Shown here: one piece after another, positions 1-12,425 of the stretch
Numbering within the stretch: position 1 is the stretch's first letter
Layout: every line of letters starts with the position of its first letter
From: Octopus sinensis
Taxonomy: Eukaryota
DNA length: 64,000 nt
Assembly: GCF_006345805.1 (NCBI RefSeq)
Contig: NC_043003.1
Span: forward strand, 80,848,001 to 80,912,000
Reading direction: 5' to 3'
Program-made: the position numbers and the translations under genes
The notes under the pieces: model-generated
The model's database searches: none
What the model was told of the DNA's origin: nothing
Seen by the model: the letters and a program-made list of their open reading frames with translations, nothing else

Positions 1-1320
1 TTTGCTGTCCCCGGGTGCTTCCGTAATAAGACCACCACTCCACGTCTCATAGCTCTGCTTATTCTCCCGTTCTGCTACCACTTGCTGTAGACTTCAACCA
101 AAACATCATCGAACTTGTTTGACATAAGAATATAAAGTTCGAAGGTAGACCAACCAACACCAGAGTTGTCTCCCTTCTGCAGCTCATAATCTCGCCCATT
201 ATGCCTTCCGCTTTTATCGACATTTCGCATGATTCCGTGTCTCTGAGGTAGGGGGTTAAATTCACTCCCGTTCCCGGCTAATCGTATGATCAGTATATTT
301 CAGCAAAGTACCCTAAATTCAGTACACATCTCCTTGAATTTGAGAAGTATTCGTCCTGTTTTAGCCCATCAAAGATCGAATTCTAGCTTTGTTAATACGT
401 AGCACCTCCGCTACACTTGCCTATTGAACTGCATTTATTCCCTCGTGTTTCAGGGCATGCGCCTTAGCTCTGAAAAACGCAAACTTCTTTGGTATACAAT
501 CTTTGTCAATCGCTATGTCTGTCGCTATGCCTTTTCTAAGTGCCTTTTCTCACTACTTAACAGGTCTCAGGTCTGCTAGCCTAGGTGCCTCTAACGCTGT
601 TTCATTACTAAACACAAACATATCTACTCTAAGAACCCTTTTTCGGGGTTATTCCCCGTTGGTAGTTCATGATTGCACCCGACAACCTCCGATAGGCTAA
701 CCTGCTAACTCGGTCTCTGAAAGCTTGACAAGACGCATTCAGTTTGGTTTGCAGTACCCGAAACCCTGACTATGGACACTATCTAGCTCATTCGTACAGA
801 TCACAAATTTCTAGTCAGTGCTGATGATAACTGCATTTTTTTGACAACTTATGCTACCTCTATCTACAGCCCTGCAAATTACTCAATCTAGATACGATAT
901 GTAAAACCCGATGAAGTTTACCCAATTCCACATTCCACATTCGACCAGCTGGAAGCAACTGAGCAGGTTCATTTTTCTATCGGCTAAACTAACTCTATCA
1001 AGATGAGCGTTCAATACGGCGGTTCAATCGCTCACTAGCACTAAAGAGAGAGGGATTCCGCTACCCAACCCAATCGGGGGGAGGGGCACACACTAACTAG
1101 TCTAAAAGCACCTCCTTCTCTGCTACACGTATGCAGGACTAAGAATTTACCATCCGGGTCTAGAAAGATTGTCTATAGCTCAACATGCAGGCTTTCCAAA
1201 ATAGCACTGTCTCCCCACCTTTCATTCTAGGACGTCACATCCATAGTTAGTGACCTGAGGTTGTTCGGAAGGAGGCTTCGCATCCAGGTGACTCGAGGCC
1301 AGGAAAAATTTATAAAACCC
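1..1320 (-). mobile_element. Decayed Tx1-like (L1 clade) non-LTR retrotransposon ORF2: APE endonuclease, linker and start of RT; runs off the window edge
   Basis: Minus-strand translation with stops and frameshifts gives, in the expected order: DPDGKFLVL, GAFRLVSV(Y)AP, SYLD, TD*KFV, GY(W)K..LNAS, GLP(x)ELY, RAMRRGVVVLLRKHPG. Same family as the plus-strand piece at 24.9-26.9 kb. Confidence 0.75.
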
Positions 1321-1350
1321 ACTCCTAAATCCGCCATGATGATGGAAAAA

Positions 1351-1429
1351 CTACTGCTACAGCAACAACAACAACGACGACGACGACGACGACGATGACG
1401 ACGACGACTACAACGACGACGACGACGAC

Positions 1430-1462
<33 letters not shown>

Positions 1463-1463
1463 A
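1351..1463. repeat. Compound trinucleotide microsatellite (AAC/ACG/ATG)n
   Basis: Directly visible. Explains the poly-H/R/S ORFs at 1227-1593. Confidence 0.95.
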
Positions 1464-2707
1464 GATGGCTAGTGTCTGTATTATGGATGATAGAAACAAA
1501 GTAATAAAGAAAAACAGTGAAACTAGATGTCATATGACTACGATAGCTGAATTTATAGCATTCAAACAAGCGTATGACTAATAGAGTCGCCACTCGCCAA
1601 ATTCAGGAGATCTTAAAATATAGATTTTTTTGGTGCTAGAAATCGCCCACAAATACTTATACGAAAATGTACACAAACGCTCACGATTAATTGCTCCCGA
1701 TGCTGCAAACGCACGTAGGTGATTCCTGGGGCTGGCGATGAAGACAAAATTACTACAACTAGACGTAATAGCGTCGATTATTATAATAGTTATGAAAATC
1801 ACTACAAAAAATGTTACAAACATCGGCACACAAATTGAAAATTTGAAGTCTAGTTTCTTTCCTGAATAAAAATAAAATATTTTGGTAAGTCATTATTAGC
1901 CACACAAGCAGTATTACTTCATAATAGCAATCATTTTATCTTGCTTAACGAAGATATGCTGTAGAAAGTCAGAAAACTGTGATATTCGTCTCGAGAAAGC
2001 ATTTTAGAGTGCTAAAAATCACATGAGTATTTCAGTAGCAAACGAAATGTGTTTGGTGAAGCGCTCAAATTGTTAAATCCGGATTTCTGCTTCTTTGAGC
2101 ATCATCGGTCGCATATATTGAAAGCGCTGTCTCCTATCTCAAACAATGTTGTCGAATAACATGTATTCAATAGCACGGCTGAAATTTTTGTGCATGATAT
2201 TTTCTATACCGCTATATCCGAACTAGACATGTGAAGACCTTCAATATAAAAATGCTTATCTCTTAGCGTCTGCATTTGTACTTAAGATGGTAAATTAAAA
2301 TTCCTCTGCACACAGTATCTGCTGATTGTATATTTCTGCATATATTTCAATGGGCATGTATTGAGTTATATGCACACGTAGTATGAAATGGAAGTAAATG
2401 TAATATATGTTTATATATCACTGTACATGCACTGTTAAACAGAGGGTTTATATATGCATACAGGTTCTTATGCTCTCATTTGCGAATATGGGAGTTCAAG
2501 TAGTGTATATCCATATATGCGAATAAATGTTCTAATGCCATTTGCACATATCTGATCTGCATTATGTTATAGAGAACATAAATATAGATGCACATCACTG
2601 GATTCAGTGATTGCAGAAAAACAAGTGCATGATCATATCGGTGTTGTCAGCATGAATTTGTGAATGTAAGTACTCCGTATATGTTCATCATGGTTCTGCA
2701 TGCTTTT

Positions 2708-3560
2708 TTACAACCTAATTAAATGAGTGCACAATATACATGTAAGTGTATGGGTATTCATGAGTAGGGCTGTGTATAATATATATATATATATATATAC
2801 AAATATTATATACATACATATATATACATATATATATATGTATATACATATTATATATATATATAAATATATACATACAAATTTTATATATATAGATGAA
2901 TAAGTATATATATAGATGAATAATGTATATGTATATATGTATATATTTATATATATGTGTGTGTGTTTATATATACACACGTTTACCCAATTGAATAAGT
3001 GTAAAAGCATCGTGTGTGCAAACGAGTAGATGCTTTTTGTATTTATATATTTATCATTATATATATATATGTGCAAGTACACACACGCACACACATGTAC
3101 ATACACACAGATGCATATTCAGAAACGCACACCATTCGGACATACATATACACCAATATTCGTGTTTATGATAAATCTGTCTGTTCCATGAGTCTATGAG
3201 TATGCGTATATAGGCAAGCATAATTTATAAGCACATGGGTGCATATGTACGTACGTATTGTGTCAACACACGCATTCTTGATTTCCTTATATATATATAT
3301 ATATTTGTTGTGCAAGATTTTATTGACTAAACAGGCAAAATGACCATTCCAAAATATAACAATATAGATATTTGTATATATATATATATATATATATATA
3401 TGAGTATGTGTGTGTGTGTGTGTAAGAGAGACTGGTAGGTATGTATACATGTATAAGTAAGTATATTGCTATATGAGTAACTACGCCTCGATGCATCCAT
3501 GTATACGTATGCAAGAGTGCGCATTCTATTGCTATATGAATAACAATTCTAGCACACAAA
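2708..3560. repeat. (TA)n/(TG)n/(CA)n low-complexity tract
   Basis: Directly visible. Source of the YIYI/HTHT ORFs. Confidence 0.9.
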
Positions 3561-4478
3561 CACTGCGTTTTGTGTGTCTTTGCATGTGTATAGGTTTGTG
3601 TGACGTTATGTATATCAATGTTTTCCTGTACACGTGTGTATAACTATTTCTAGTCCTTCTAGATCAATCACGCACGTAAGGTTCCATGGAAACCTTAAAC
3701 ATTTAAAACTACCTAATGTCCTCTGTACATACAGTTTTACATTAAAATCTACTCCCGTTGACCGTTAATGTCTACCGTTTCCTCCAAATACGTAATATTG
3801 TGCCCGATCACTTATTCATCCCCACCTACATTTCAATCTCCTATAATAATGTTTACGTCTCATTCCAAACAACAAAGCAATTTTGTCTTTCTTCAACAGA
3901 AACGATTAAAAACTATAAACACCTAGATCAGTCACGGGCAAATTACGGCACGCAGAACCTTGTGATGACACGCTTAACAACAATTAAACCTCAGATATTT
4001 TTTAGTTATTTGAACCGTGTTATGATAAGTCAGGATTCATGCACTCCGCTTCTCGAGAAAAGTTGCTCTTCATCTATATCTTCATGATCTACATCTACAC
4101 CTTCATGTCCAGCAAATTTCTATTGTCCATATTCATACAGATACTGTGTGCACTGGGCGCAATCCTATAGGCATGCACCACAAAAAACTAGCAGATGCGC
4201 CTCGTATTTTCTCCCTTTACTGATTTTACTCCTTATACTGTAGCAATTACTGGTGGTCTTTGACTTGTTTACTTAAATAAATGAACCACAATACTTATAT
4301 ATCACAGTTGTCTGTGTTGTGAAGGTGCAGCGAAAATAAGTGACGCAAAGAAAATATGCCGGTTGTTTAGCGGAGTGGAGCAAATATTGTCACATTAACA
4401 CACAAACATGCACACAAGCAAACACACACACTCATACACACACAAAAACATATATGTATATATATATATATATGTATA

Positions 4479-4560
<82 letters not shown>

Positions 4561-4569
<9 letters not shown>

Positions 4570-4969
4570 TAAATTAGAGATAAAACCACTATTGGGCAAA
4601 TCAAACAATGAAAAACTTAAGCCAATACATAAAATTAATTAATTATATTATGTTAAATATATATCAAAAGTATAAAAGTTTAATAAAAGATAATGAGTAT
4701 AACACTACGATCGTACGAATTGGACATCCATGAAACGATCGTAGTGTTATACTCATTATCTTTTATTAAACTTTTAATACTTTTGATATATATTTAAAAT
4801 AATATAAATTAATTAATTTTATGTATTGGCTTAAGTTTTTCATTGTTTGATTTGCCTAATAGTGGTTTTATTTCTAATTTAATATAATATAATATTTTAC
4901 TATAAAATTGGATTCAATCCTAAATCTGATTTTTCCCCGTAAGTTTGGATTTATTCCCTAATATTTTAT

Positions 4970-4975
<6 letters not shown>
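4561..4975. repeat. Fold-back repeat flanked by (TA)n: ~155-bp inverted arms (4561-4714 / 4735-4890) with a 20-nt spacer; the right copy continues to ~4975
   Basis: ATATTATATTAAATTAGAGATAAAACC...CACTACGATCGT is mirrored by ACGATCGTAGTG...GGTTTTATTTCTAATTTAATATAATAT, with only a few mismatches and indels. Confidence 0.9.
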
Positions 4976-5011
<36 letters not shown>

Positions 5012-5144
5012 ATGTGAGCGTATGACTAGCCATGTTTACGTGTTACTATGAAATTTTAATCTTATTTTATATAAGTAGCAGAATTATAATACAGTAATTT
5101 CCCTATATATAACGGCATTTTTTCATAGCGTTTTTCAGATGGCC

Positions 5145-5207
5145 AGATAACCGAAGAGATGGTGTTGTGGATTTCCACTACGGCATCTGAAACTCAGAGT
5201 TTTATCT
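5145..5207 (+). ncRNA. Type-I hammerhead ribozyme-like motif in a (TA)-flanked repeat (~5031-5315)
   Basis: Stem I AGATAA(5145-50)/TTATCT(5202-07); core CCGAAGA; 13-bp stem II GATGGTGTTGTGG-ATTT-CCACTACGGCATC; one extra T, then GAA; stem III ACTC-A-GAGT; U at position 17. Deviations from canonical: U4 to C, and one extra base before G12. Confidence 0.65.
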
Positions 5208-5410
5208 TGACTTTTGAGTAAATATAACATATTATTTTATAGATAAATTTCCTCTATTTACATAATATTGAGGTCTTTTTCTTTCTTTTGTTATCTTACC
5301 GTTTTTACCAATATATATATCTGCGTTACAATATCATGAATTAGGAGAAGAGCATACCCTATAAAATATAGAGCAGTTGTTTATTTTTGTATATATGACG
5401 TAATAGTTAT

Positions 5411-5460
5411 AAAAAACGTTGGTTTCATATTTAGAGGGACTAGACATTTCTTCAGTTTCT
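5411..5460 (-). ncRNA. Type-I hammerhead ribozyme-like motif (left arm, facing outward)
   Basis: Minus strand reads AGAAA CTGAAGA A ATGTCTAG-TCCCT-CTAAATAT GAA AC-CAAC-GT T TTTT: canonical CUGANGA and GAAA cores, stem I 4 bp, stem II 8 bp with one mismatch, minimal stem III. Confidence 0.6.
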
Positions 5461-5752
5461 CTAAACGATAACCGTTCTCTGCCAAGAATATTTTTTTAAA
5501 ACACAAAAAGGCGGTGATAGTTCAAGAAATATTCCTATAGAAAAAATTTGACCGGGCGAGTTTTCTCCCTTATCGACGGTAGTTGTCCACATTTTCAGAA
5601 ATTTTTACTTCAAAATTGGAAAAGCTAGCTGTTAAGCGAAGGAAGACAACTCGCGTGGACATAATTATTTAAGAGGAATATTTCTTGAACTATCACCGGC
5701 GTTCTTGTGTTTAAAAAAGAAAAGCATTCTTTGCAGAGAACGGTTATCGTTT

Positions 5753-5809
5753 AGAGAAACTGAAGAGATATCTATTTCAGGCTACATATAAAACCAATAG
5801 TTTTTTTCT
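5753..5809 (+). ncRNA. Type-I hammerhead-like motif with a G12-to-A change (right arm, facing outward; predicted inactive)
   Basis: AGAGAAA CTGAAGA G ATATCTA...CTACATAT AAA AC-CAATA-GT T TTTTTCT: 7-bp stem I, intact 5' core, GAA replaced by AAA. Confidence 0.5.
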
Positions 5810-5840
5810 TAATTAAAACGTTGCACATACAAATATATAT

Positions 5841-6025
5841 AATTATAATTTAGGGTATCTAAGGGATACCCCCACGCTGGAAATAGCAGCCAAAACTTAT
5901 CTCTAAAACCACATTAAATGTTCATACAAAACTAGTGCTGTATGAACATTTAATGCGGTTTAAAGTGAAGTTTTGGCTGCTATTTTCAGCGTGAAGGTAT
6001 CTTTTAGATACCCTAAATTATAATT
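5841..6025. repeat. Fold-back repeat, ~86-bp arms (5841-5927 / 5940-6025), 12-nt loop
   Basis: AATTATAATTTAGGGTATCTAA...AATGTTCATAC is mirrored by GTATGAACATTT...TTAGATACCCTAAATTATAATT. Confidence 0.9.
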
Positions 6026-6109
6026 TTAATAACAATTATTACCTCTGAAGGTTTTTATTCCCATGCTGGCCATTTGATAAGATCGATAATTAAATTAACG
6101 ATCTTATCC

Positions 6110-6194
<85 letters not shown>

Positions 6195-6317
6195 ATGTGT
6201 GTGTGTGTGTGTGTCTATGTATGTATGCATACATGTTCACGCACCCGCACATACACACATACATAGATAAATAAATAGGTAGATGGGAATATATATATAT
6301 AAATATAAGTATATGCA

Positions 6318-6480
6318 CATTACAGATTTTCCGTGAACCAAATTCACTTACCAAGTATTGTGATTAAATTCCAATGTAAACTGAGTTTACAGGGGAAAAC
6401 ACCTTCACAAAGTGCTGCCTTTTGAATCTGAACCTAAACGCATCTACTCGAAAACCCAAATAATTACCACACAGCCATAC
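6318..6480 (-). mobile_element. Decayed 5' half of SINE family B
   Basis: TTACCACACAGCCA head and TTTTCCGTGAACCAAATTCACTTAC align with the better copies at 17.5 kb and 37.8 kb. Confidence 0.5.
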
Positions 6481-8879
6481 CTGCTGCCTAAAACAAATAC
6501 AAAATAGAAGCAAAATAAAGCTACTTTCTATACACCACACATACAATGAAGTACATCTCAAAACCCGTAAATAAGGTTCCCAACCAGTGAGGAAATAAGA
6601 AATCCAATCCCCATAATAATTGCATTACTATAAGAACACAGAGAGCATTTGTGCCCTAGTGTAGTGTGCAGAACTGAAATCAAAATTGCCGAAGACAAAT
6701 AATTCAGAATGATATGAATTAGATGATAAAAACGAAAAATATATATATTAAATACCGTATAAGACCGCATCTGCAGAAGCGCATCCTGCAGTGCACACGC
6801 ACTTGCATACGTATTTGAATACACACACAGGCATACAAACACACACACATACACAAATAAACAAACACACAGACACACACACACACACGCACGAACAGAA
6901 ACAAATATATATAAATGTGTGTGTCTGTGTGTGTGTGTGTGTTTGTGTATACGCGTGGTCTTAAATATTCATAAATATCATCATACCGGTAGTCATTACT
7001 TTTTTTTTCACTTGGAGAGAGATTCTAAGTTGAACAGTGATAAATTGAAATGTTCGACACAGATATTGCGTATTTTCACACCATCATTGATTTATTTTCA
7101 CAAAAAAAGAAAACATTATTTATTTTGTATCCATGTGAATATAAATATGATGTGTAACTAAGGCACATTATATTTAAAACTGTTAAGTGTTTCTATTGAT
7201 TTTGAGTGCAATTTTGAACCCATATTATTTTGGCATGGAAACAGTTATATGCATACTTAGATTCGGTTGTTTTATGAATTATAGATTTTTGTCTATAAAA
7301 ATTTTTCGTATTGCTTATTCGTTCTTCAGTTCATTGAGTATATTCCACAGGGCAAAGTGATTAATTGTTTAAATAGGCACCTGATCAATATTTCCTATAC
7401 CAGAATGTGCTTAATTGAAATTTATTTTAGTCGAATTTGAACTCAGAACAATAGTTTACCAAATTGGATATGTTGTAAACAAATCCTTTTAACCGAGTGA
7501 GCAAAAGGTGATCCGATAATAATAGATTGAAAATTAGAAAGATGAATGAATAACAGAAGGCTAGAAGCTACTTAGGGAAATTTAATAAGGAGCAATGGTT
7601 GGCAGGATGAAGGAGTGACACAATGTCATTATTAAAGACGTATAAAGACAATTTATTCAGAACTGATACAAAGAATTCGCATTTAAAATGCATTATGTAG
7701 TGATTTCAAAATTGTATATCAAGAGCATCTAATCCAACTTTTCCATCTCCTTTAGGAGTTCAAAGCAATGTATAAATCTCTTACATGGATTGAAATATTA
7801 CAGATTATATTTTGTGGGAGATAATCTCTCATAGAATATTTTTAAACTTTCGGTTTGATGTTAAATTTTATATAAGAATAGAATATAGAAACTGATTATT
7901 GAGCAGAATTTACGTCAACAGTGCAATAACATATACCATCCAAGGGATTCATTCCACTGTTACATCGATATGCAAAGAATGACTGCTTTTATTTAACATA
8001 TATTTTATATTTATTTCATGCTTTGTGGAAGGTGACATTATATTCAATTATATTTTATGTTGCGGCTTTCAAAGTTGAATTATTGCACCATCATGGTAGG
8101 CTGTTTAACCAATGTATGTTAATATATGTACAACTAGCTACGATGTCTCTACTTACACCAGGAGAGAGTATTTATAAGTACATTCCATAACCAATAACCT
8201 CTGGTCATAGTGGTAGTAAATATTTCAACTATAAGCAGTGACTCATAGGTAATTAATGGTGCATTCGTCTCCTGTCAGATATCAAGCCAGAAATATACAT
8301 TTTTCATACAGCAATATCCATTGCAGCACTAAATGTTTCTGCAAAGATGGCTGATGATGAAGTTTTTGGATTAATTGAATAAGAAGAAACAAATTGTTGA
8401 GAAATAATTTGATATCTCCAAAATTCCTGTTGATAAAGTATGTCTTCAGAGCAAGCAGACAAGTTTAGAGCATGTTTCGAATAAATAATTGTTAGGAATT
8501 ATTTATTATAAGGCAGCTACGCTAGAGGTTTTAATAAAATGACCTCTGCAAACAAAAACAGTTCTTTATATATAAATAAATAAATAAAATAATATAACGG
8601 AAAAAAGAGATAGGGACCACAACATCGACCATCCTTCCAAAGTGGCTGTGATTCAAAAGAGATATTGATTAAATAACTCTATGCTAGCTAGTAATCTAAT
8701 TTAGAATCAACAGATTTGGAATGTTTTGGTTTGTATCTGCTTACTTGTGTATACAATTTCTTTCTTGTTTTACACACAAAACACACATCTATATAAGAAT
8801 ACAGCTATAAACACTCACTTGGGGACAATGGGACAAACTCATATAAGCATATATACATACAGACACAACCGCTCACATA

Positions 8880-9039
8880 ATTGTTTATATTCATAAACTC
8901 TTAAAACACAGATGTACTACGCATGTATATGTGTGTGTGCGCGTGTGCTTGTATATATATATATTGATATGTATATATATGAATGCAGATACATATATAT
9001 ATATATATATGCACACATACACACACATATTTAAGTATA

Positions 9040-9082
<43 letters not shown>

Positions 9083-9096
9083 AATATGTGTGTGTA

Positions 9097-9166
<70 letters not shown>

Positions 9167-9420
9167 TATATGTATGTATCTGCATTCATGTATATACATA
9201 TCAATACATTCGGATATACATGAGGAACAATGGACATACACGCAACAGACACATATTTATTTAAGCATGCGCATGTATTTGTTTTGAGCATACACTCCCT
9301 TACGTTTACAAACATATATCAAATGTATATATATATACGTACATCCATGCATATAGATGTTTATGTGTGTATGTATGATTATATATATATATATATACAT
9401 ATATATAAGCAATAAATAGA
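8880..9420. repeat. (TA)n/(CA)n low-complexity tract
   Basis: Directly visible. Confidence 0.9.
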
Positions 9421-10649
9421 TATTGCGTATATATGTATATGCAATTACAGATATTCACCCACACGCTCATCTATACCCACACACATACACTCAAACACAC
9501 ACGAGCACACAAACACACACGTGCGCTGATATATGTATATACATGCACACAACCAAGCAAAAATTATACATATCTTGAAAAAAGTTGGGGAAAGGAATAT
9601 TAAAGCCAATTATATGAATATTATAAGTATATCATAAGCCATACACACACACACATACACACACACACACATATATATATAAAATATATGCATGGTTATG
9701 TATTCTTACGTACAAATACACACATACATATGTACATATACACATGTAAATGATTTTTGCCTTTACGTATGCGTGTGATTCTTATAAATGTTGTATATGG
9801 ATTTTATGGCTAAATGCAAAAACAGAAACATAAATAATAAAATTGAAATACGTATCGTGTATCCCATCAGATACATTTTACTGGTCAGGAGTTTAGACAT
9901 TTTGTCTTCTATATCAAAAACGCAGTTTTATTCTATCACTTTCCTCTATTTTTTCTCTCCCTCTCACTCTTTCTCTCCTTTAGCTATTTATTTTCTTTTC
10001 CCCCATTTATTTCACCCTCTCTTAAGCTCTTCTATAGCATTTCTTTTTATTGCTGCCAGTTACTTTTAAGTATATCACTGCTTTTTTTATCTCCCCCTCG
10101 CTTCTTCTCTCTCACTCTCTTTCCATATACATATACATGCACACACATATGTATATACGAAATTCTAATTGACTTGTTCAATCATAAAATTAATTACAGA
10201 GAGGAAAAGAGGAAAGATGAAAATAATCAATGGATAAAATGAATAATAATATGAATATATCAATAACGATTAAATAAATAAATTTTTGTAAATCATGAAA
10301 ACGTAGATATTGCTTGCAGATCTCATCTAAGCGTAGTAATAAACTAAGATGAATGCTCAGAACTTGGTTGCTTACATAAGCACAGTCACCTTCACATGTT
10401 CGGAAGAAAGCTCTAGATGACCTTGAAAAGTCATAAATTTCTAAACATGCCTCAATTTTTGTGCTTCTTTCGATTTGAGAAGAATATCACAGGACTCGGT
10501 GTTTGGTTCTCTCACGTATATATGAATGCTTGTGAGGGCCCATTTTTACAGAGATTCTGAAGGGCATTAAGTGAGAAAGTGAAAGTGAGAAAATGTGAAA
10601 TATTACTGTTTAAACTGGCAACATGACCATCCACAAATTCAAAAATATA

Positions 10650-10723
<74 letters not shown>

Positions 10724-10737
10724 ATATATATATATAC

Positions 10738-10771
<34 letters not shown>

Positions 10772-10804
10772 GAATCTATATATTATATTATGTGAATCTA
10801 ATGC

Positions 10805-10980
10805 GCTTGGCTTAAATTTTCATTTGGGGCTGGCCAGATCGGAGCAATCTCAAGATTAATCAGCCGAAATTGCGAGGATGGTCCGGTTCTTGACTGAAGA
10901 TTGAAGGCTTCGAATGTCCCGTCAGTGTTTTTTGTATCGTCTTCTAAATGTTTTGCGTTCTTGTCCCAGATTGTATTTTT
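10805..10980 (+). repeat. Dispersed repeat fragment homologous to 16996-17200 (possibly a Penelope-like terminus)
   Basis: GGCCAGATCGGAGCAATCTCAAGATTAATCAGCCGAAATTGC...TGTTTTGCGTTCTTGTCCCA matches GGCCAGATTTGAGCAAGCTCGAGTATAACCAGCCGAAATAGC...TGTTTTGCGTTCTTGTCCCA. The homology is seen directly; the class is a guess. Confidence 0.6.
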
Positions 10981-11599
10981 ACATATATATATATATATAT
11001 GTATACATAGATACATACATATATATATAAATATATTTATATATATTCCCTTTCTTCATCATATTTCTGTAACTGTCACATCATGTAGTCTACAATAACC
11101 CTCTTTATTCGATATCGTATGATAGTGATTTTTTCCGAGTGTTGCTCCGATGTGGACCTATTGGATTTAGTATGTTATGATTGAAATGAAAACGCAGCCC
11201 TTGCATTATAATTTTAGCAATGCTACACACACACACACACTCACACACACATACACACATACACACTCATGCACACACACATACACTCATACATACACAT
11301 TCACTCACACACACACACACCACTAACACACACGCACGCACACAGAGGTTCACTAGATATTGTACATCAGATTTTTGTAGCTGTTTGTTTTGTTTTAGAT
11401 TTCGATTGTTGTTTCCGTTACTGGAGTGAGTGAGATGTTTGTGTTAGTGTTAGTAATTTTATGTACTTTTGTGGTGTCTTTTGGATCTAAGCGGAGGTAA
11501 TGTAACGAAAGACGATTGCAATGATCCTATTCATGTCTTACGTAACTTCGTCAGTTTACATTGAATAACCGTAGATACATTAGATATTGCACTTGGAAA

Positions 11600-12000
11600 A
11601 TTGTACCGGTGTGCATGTAGGGGGGATTCAATCTGGTGAAACAAGAGGAGGTTGAGAGATTGAAAATGGGAGCGATGGATTGGTAGTTATAGGAGTCAGA
11701 TTTGTCACTATTTTAAGAAATATATCTGTGGCATATTTCTAAAGGTTGGTGATGGATGAGTAAAATCTCATATAAGGTTTTAGATTTATTCGAGCGACTA
11801 TTAATGATAGAAATTATTGCAATAGCTAAACGGTGCAGATGGCTCAGTGTTATATGACATTTTTTGAGGTAAAAAAGTGCTTTCTTTTTTTATCGATGAA
11901 ACAATCCCGTGTTTCCTTTAATTCCATTAGCGTGATAAAGCAACAGAAGCAAACCGTAAAATAGAATTTGAGATTATTGGATCGCAGGTGCACTATTGTG
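11600..12000 (-). mobile_element. Very decayed LINE RT remnant (CR1/L2/Jockey-like)
   Basis: Minus-strand DKSDSYNYQSIA resembles the KGDKSDPSNYRPIAL motif. Little else is recognisable. Confidence 0.3.
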
Positions 12001-12234
12001 TGTCGGAAACGTGGTTGCTAGGCAAGTGATTGACAACTCCATAGAACGAGTTACGAATTTCATGAGTGAAACAGTTTTAGCTCAAATATCTTCTTATAAT
12101 GACACACACATACTTTAACTGCTGTTGCTAGAAGTGTCACGTCAGCATTAGTAGTAGGAGTAATAGAATATGATAAACTGACATAATAATTAATTCGTAA
12201 ATCGAGTGGTAATATATACTTACTAGTAATGCTG

Positions 12235-12425
12235 GTTTCGAATTTTGGCAAGAGGCCAGCAATTTTGTGGGGATGTAAGACGATTATATTAACACGAGTG
12301 TCCAGCTGGTATTCATTTTATCGATCCTGAGAGAGTGAAAGGCAAAGTCGATTTCAATTCAGAACGTAAAGACGGTCGAAATGCCGTTAAGCATTTTTTC
12401 CTGTCGAGCTAATGTGTCTGCCAAC
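12235..12425 (-). mobile_element. SINE family A (tRNA-derived, Meta-domain-like), decayed monomer
   Basis: Reverse complement aligns to GGCAGA...GTTCTGAGTTCAAATTCCGCCGAGGTCGACTTTGCCTTTCATCC...AAGTACCAG. Confidence 0.75.

Larger units (their letters stand above)
5411..5809. mobile_element. Inverted-repeat element (arms 5411-5536 / 5674-5809, 137-bp spacer), probably a Penelope-like/retrozyme terminal-repeat pair
   Basis: TCTTCAGTTTCTCTAAACGATAACCGTTCTCTG...GTTCAAGAAATATTCCT is mirrored by AGGAATATTTCTTGAAC...CAGAGAACGGTTATCGTTTAGAGAAACTGAAGA. Both outer ends contain hammerhead motifs. The class assignment is inference. Confidence 0.75.

Noticed and set aside
795-822. TDHKF endonuclease motif readable on the plus strand inside the minus-strand Tx1 remnant, suggesting an inversion
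   Set aside because: The segment is near-palindromic around AAATTT, and the minus strand gives TD*KFV in the correct order.
10885-10925. CTGAAGA...GAA hammerhead-like core (and its homologue at ~17060)
   Set aside because: No stem I complementarity, and A15.1 is missing.
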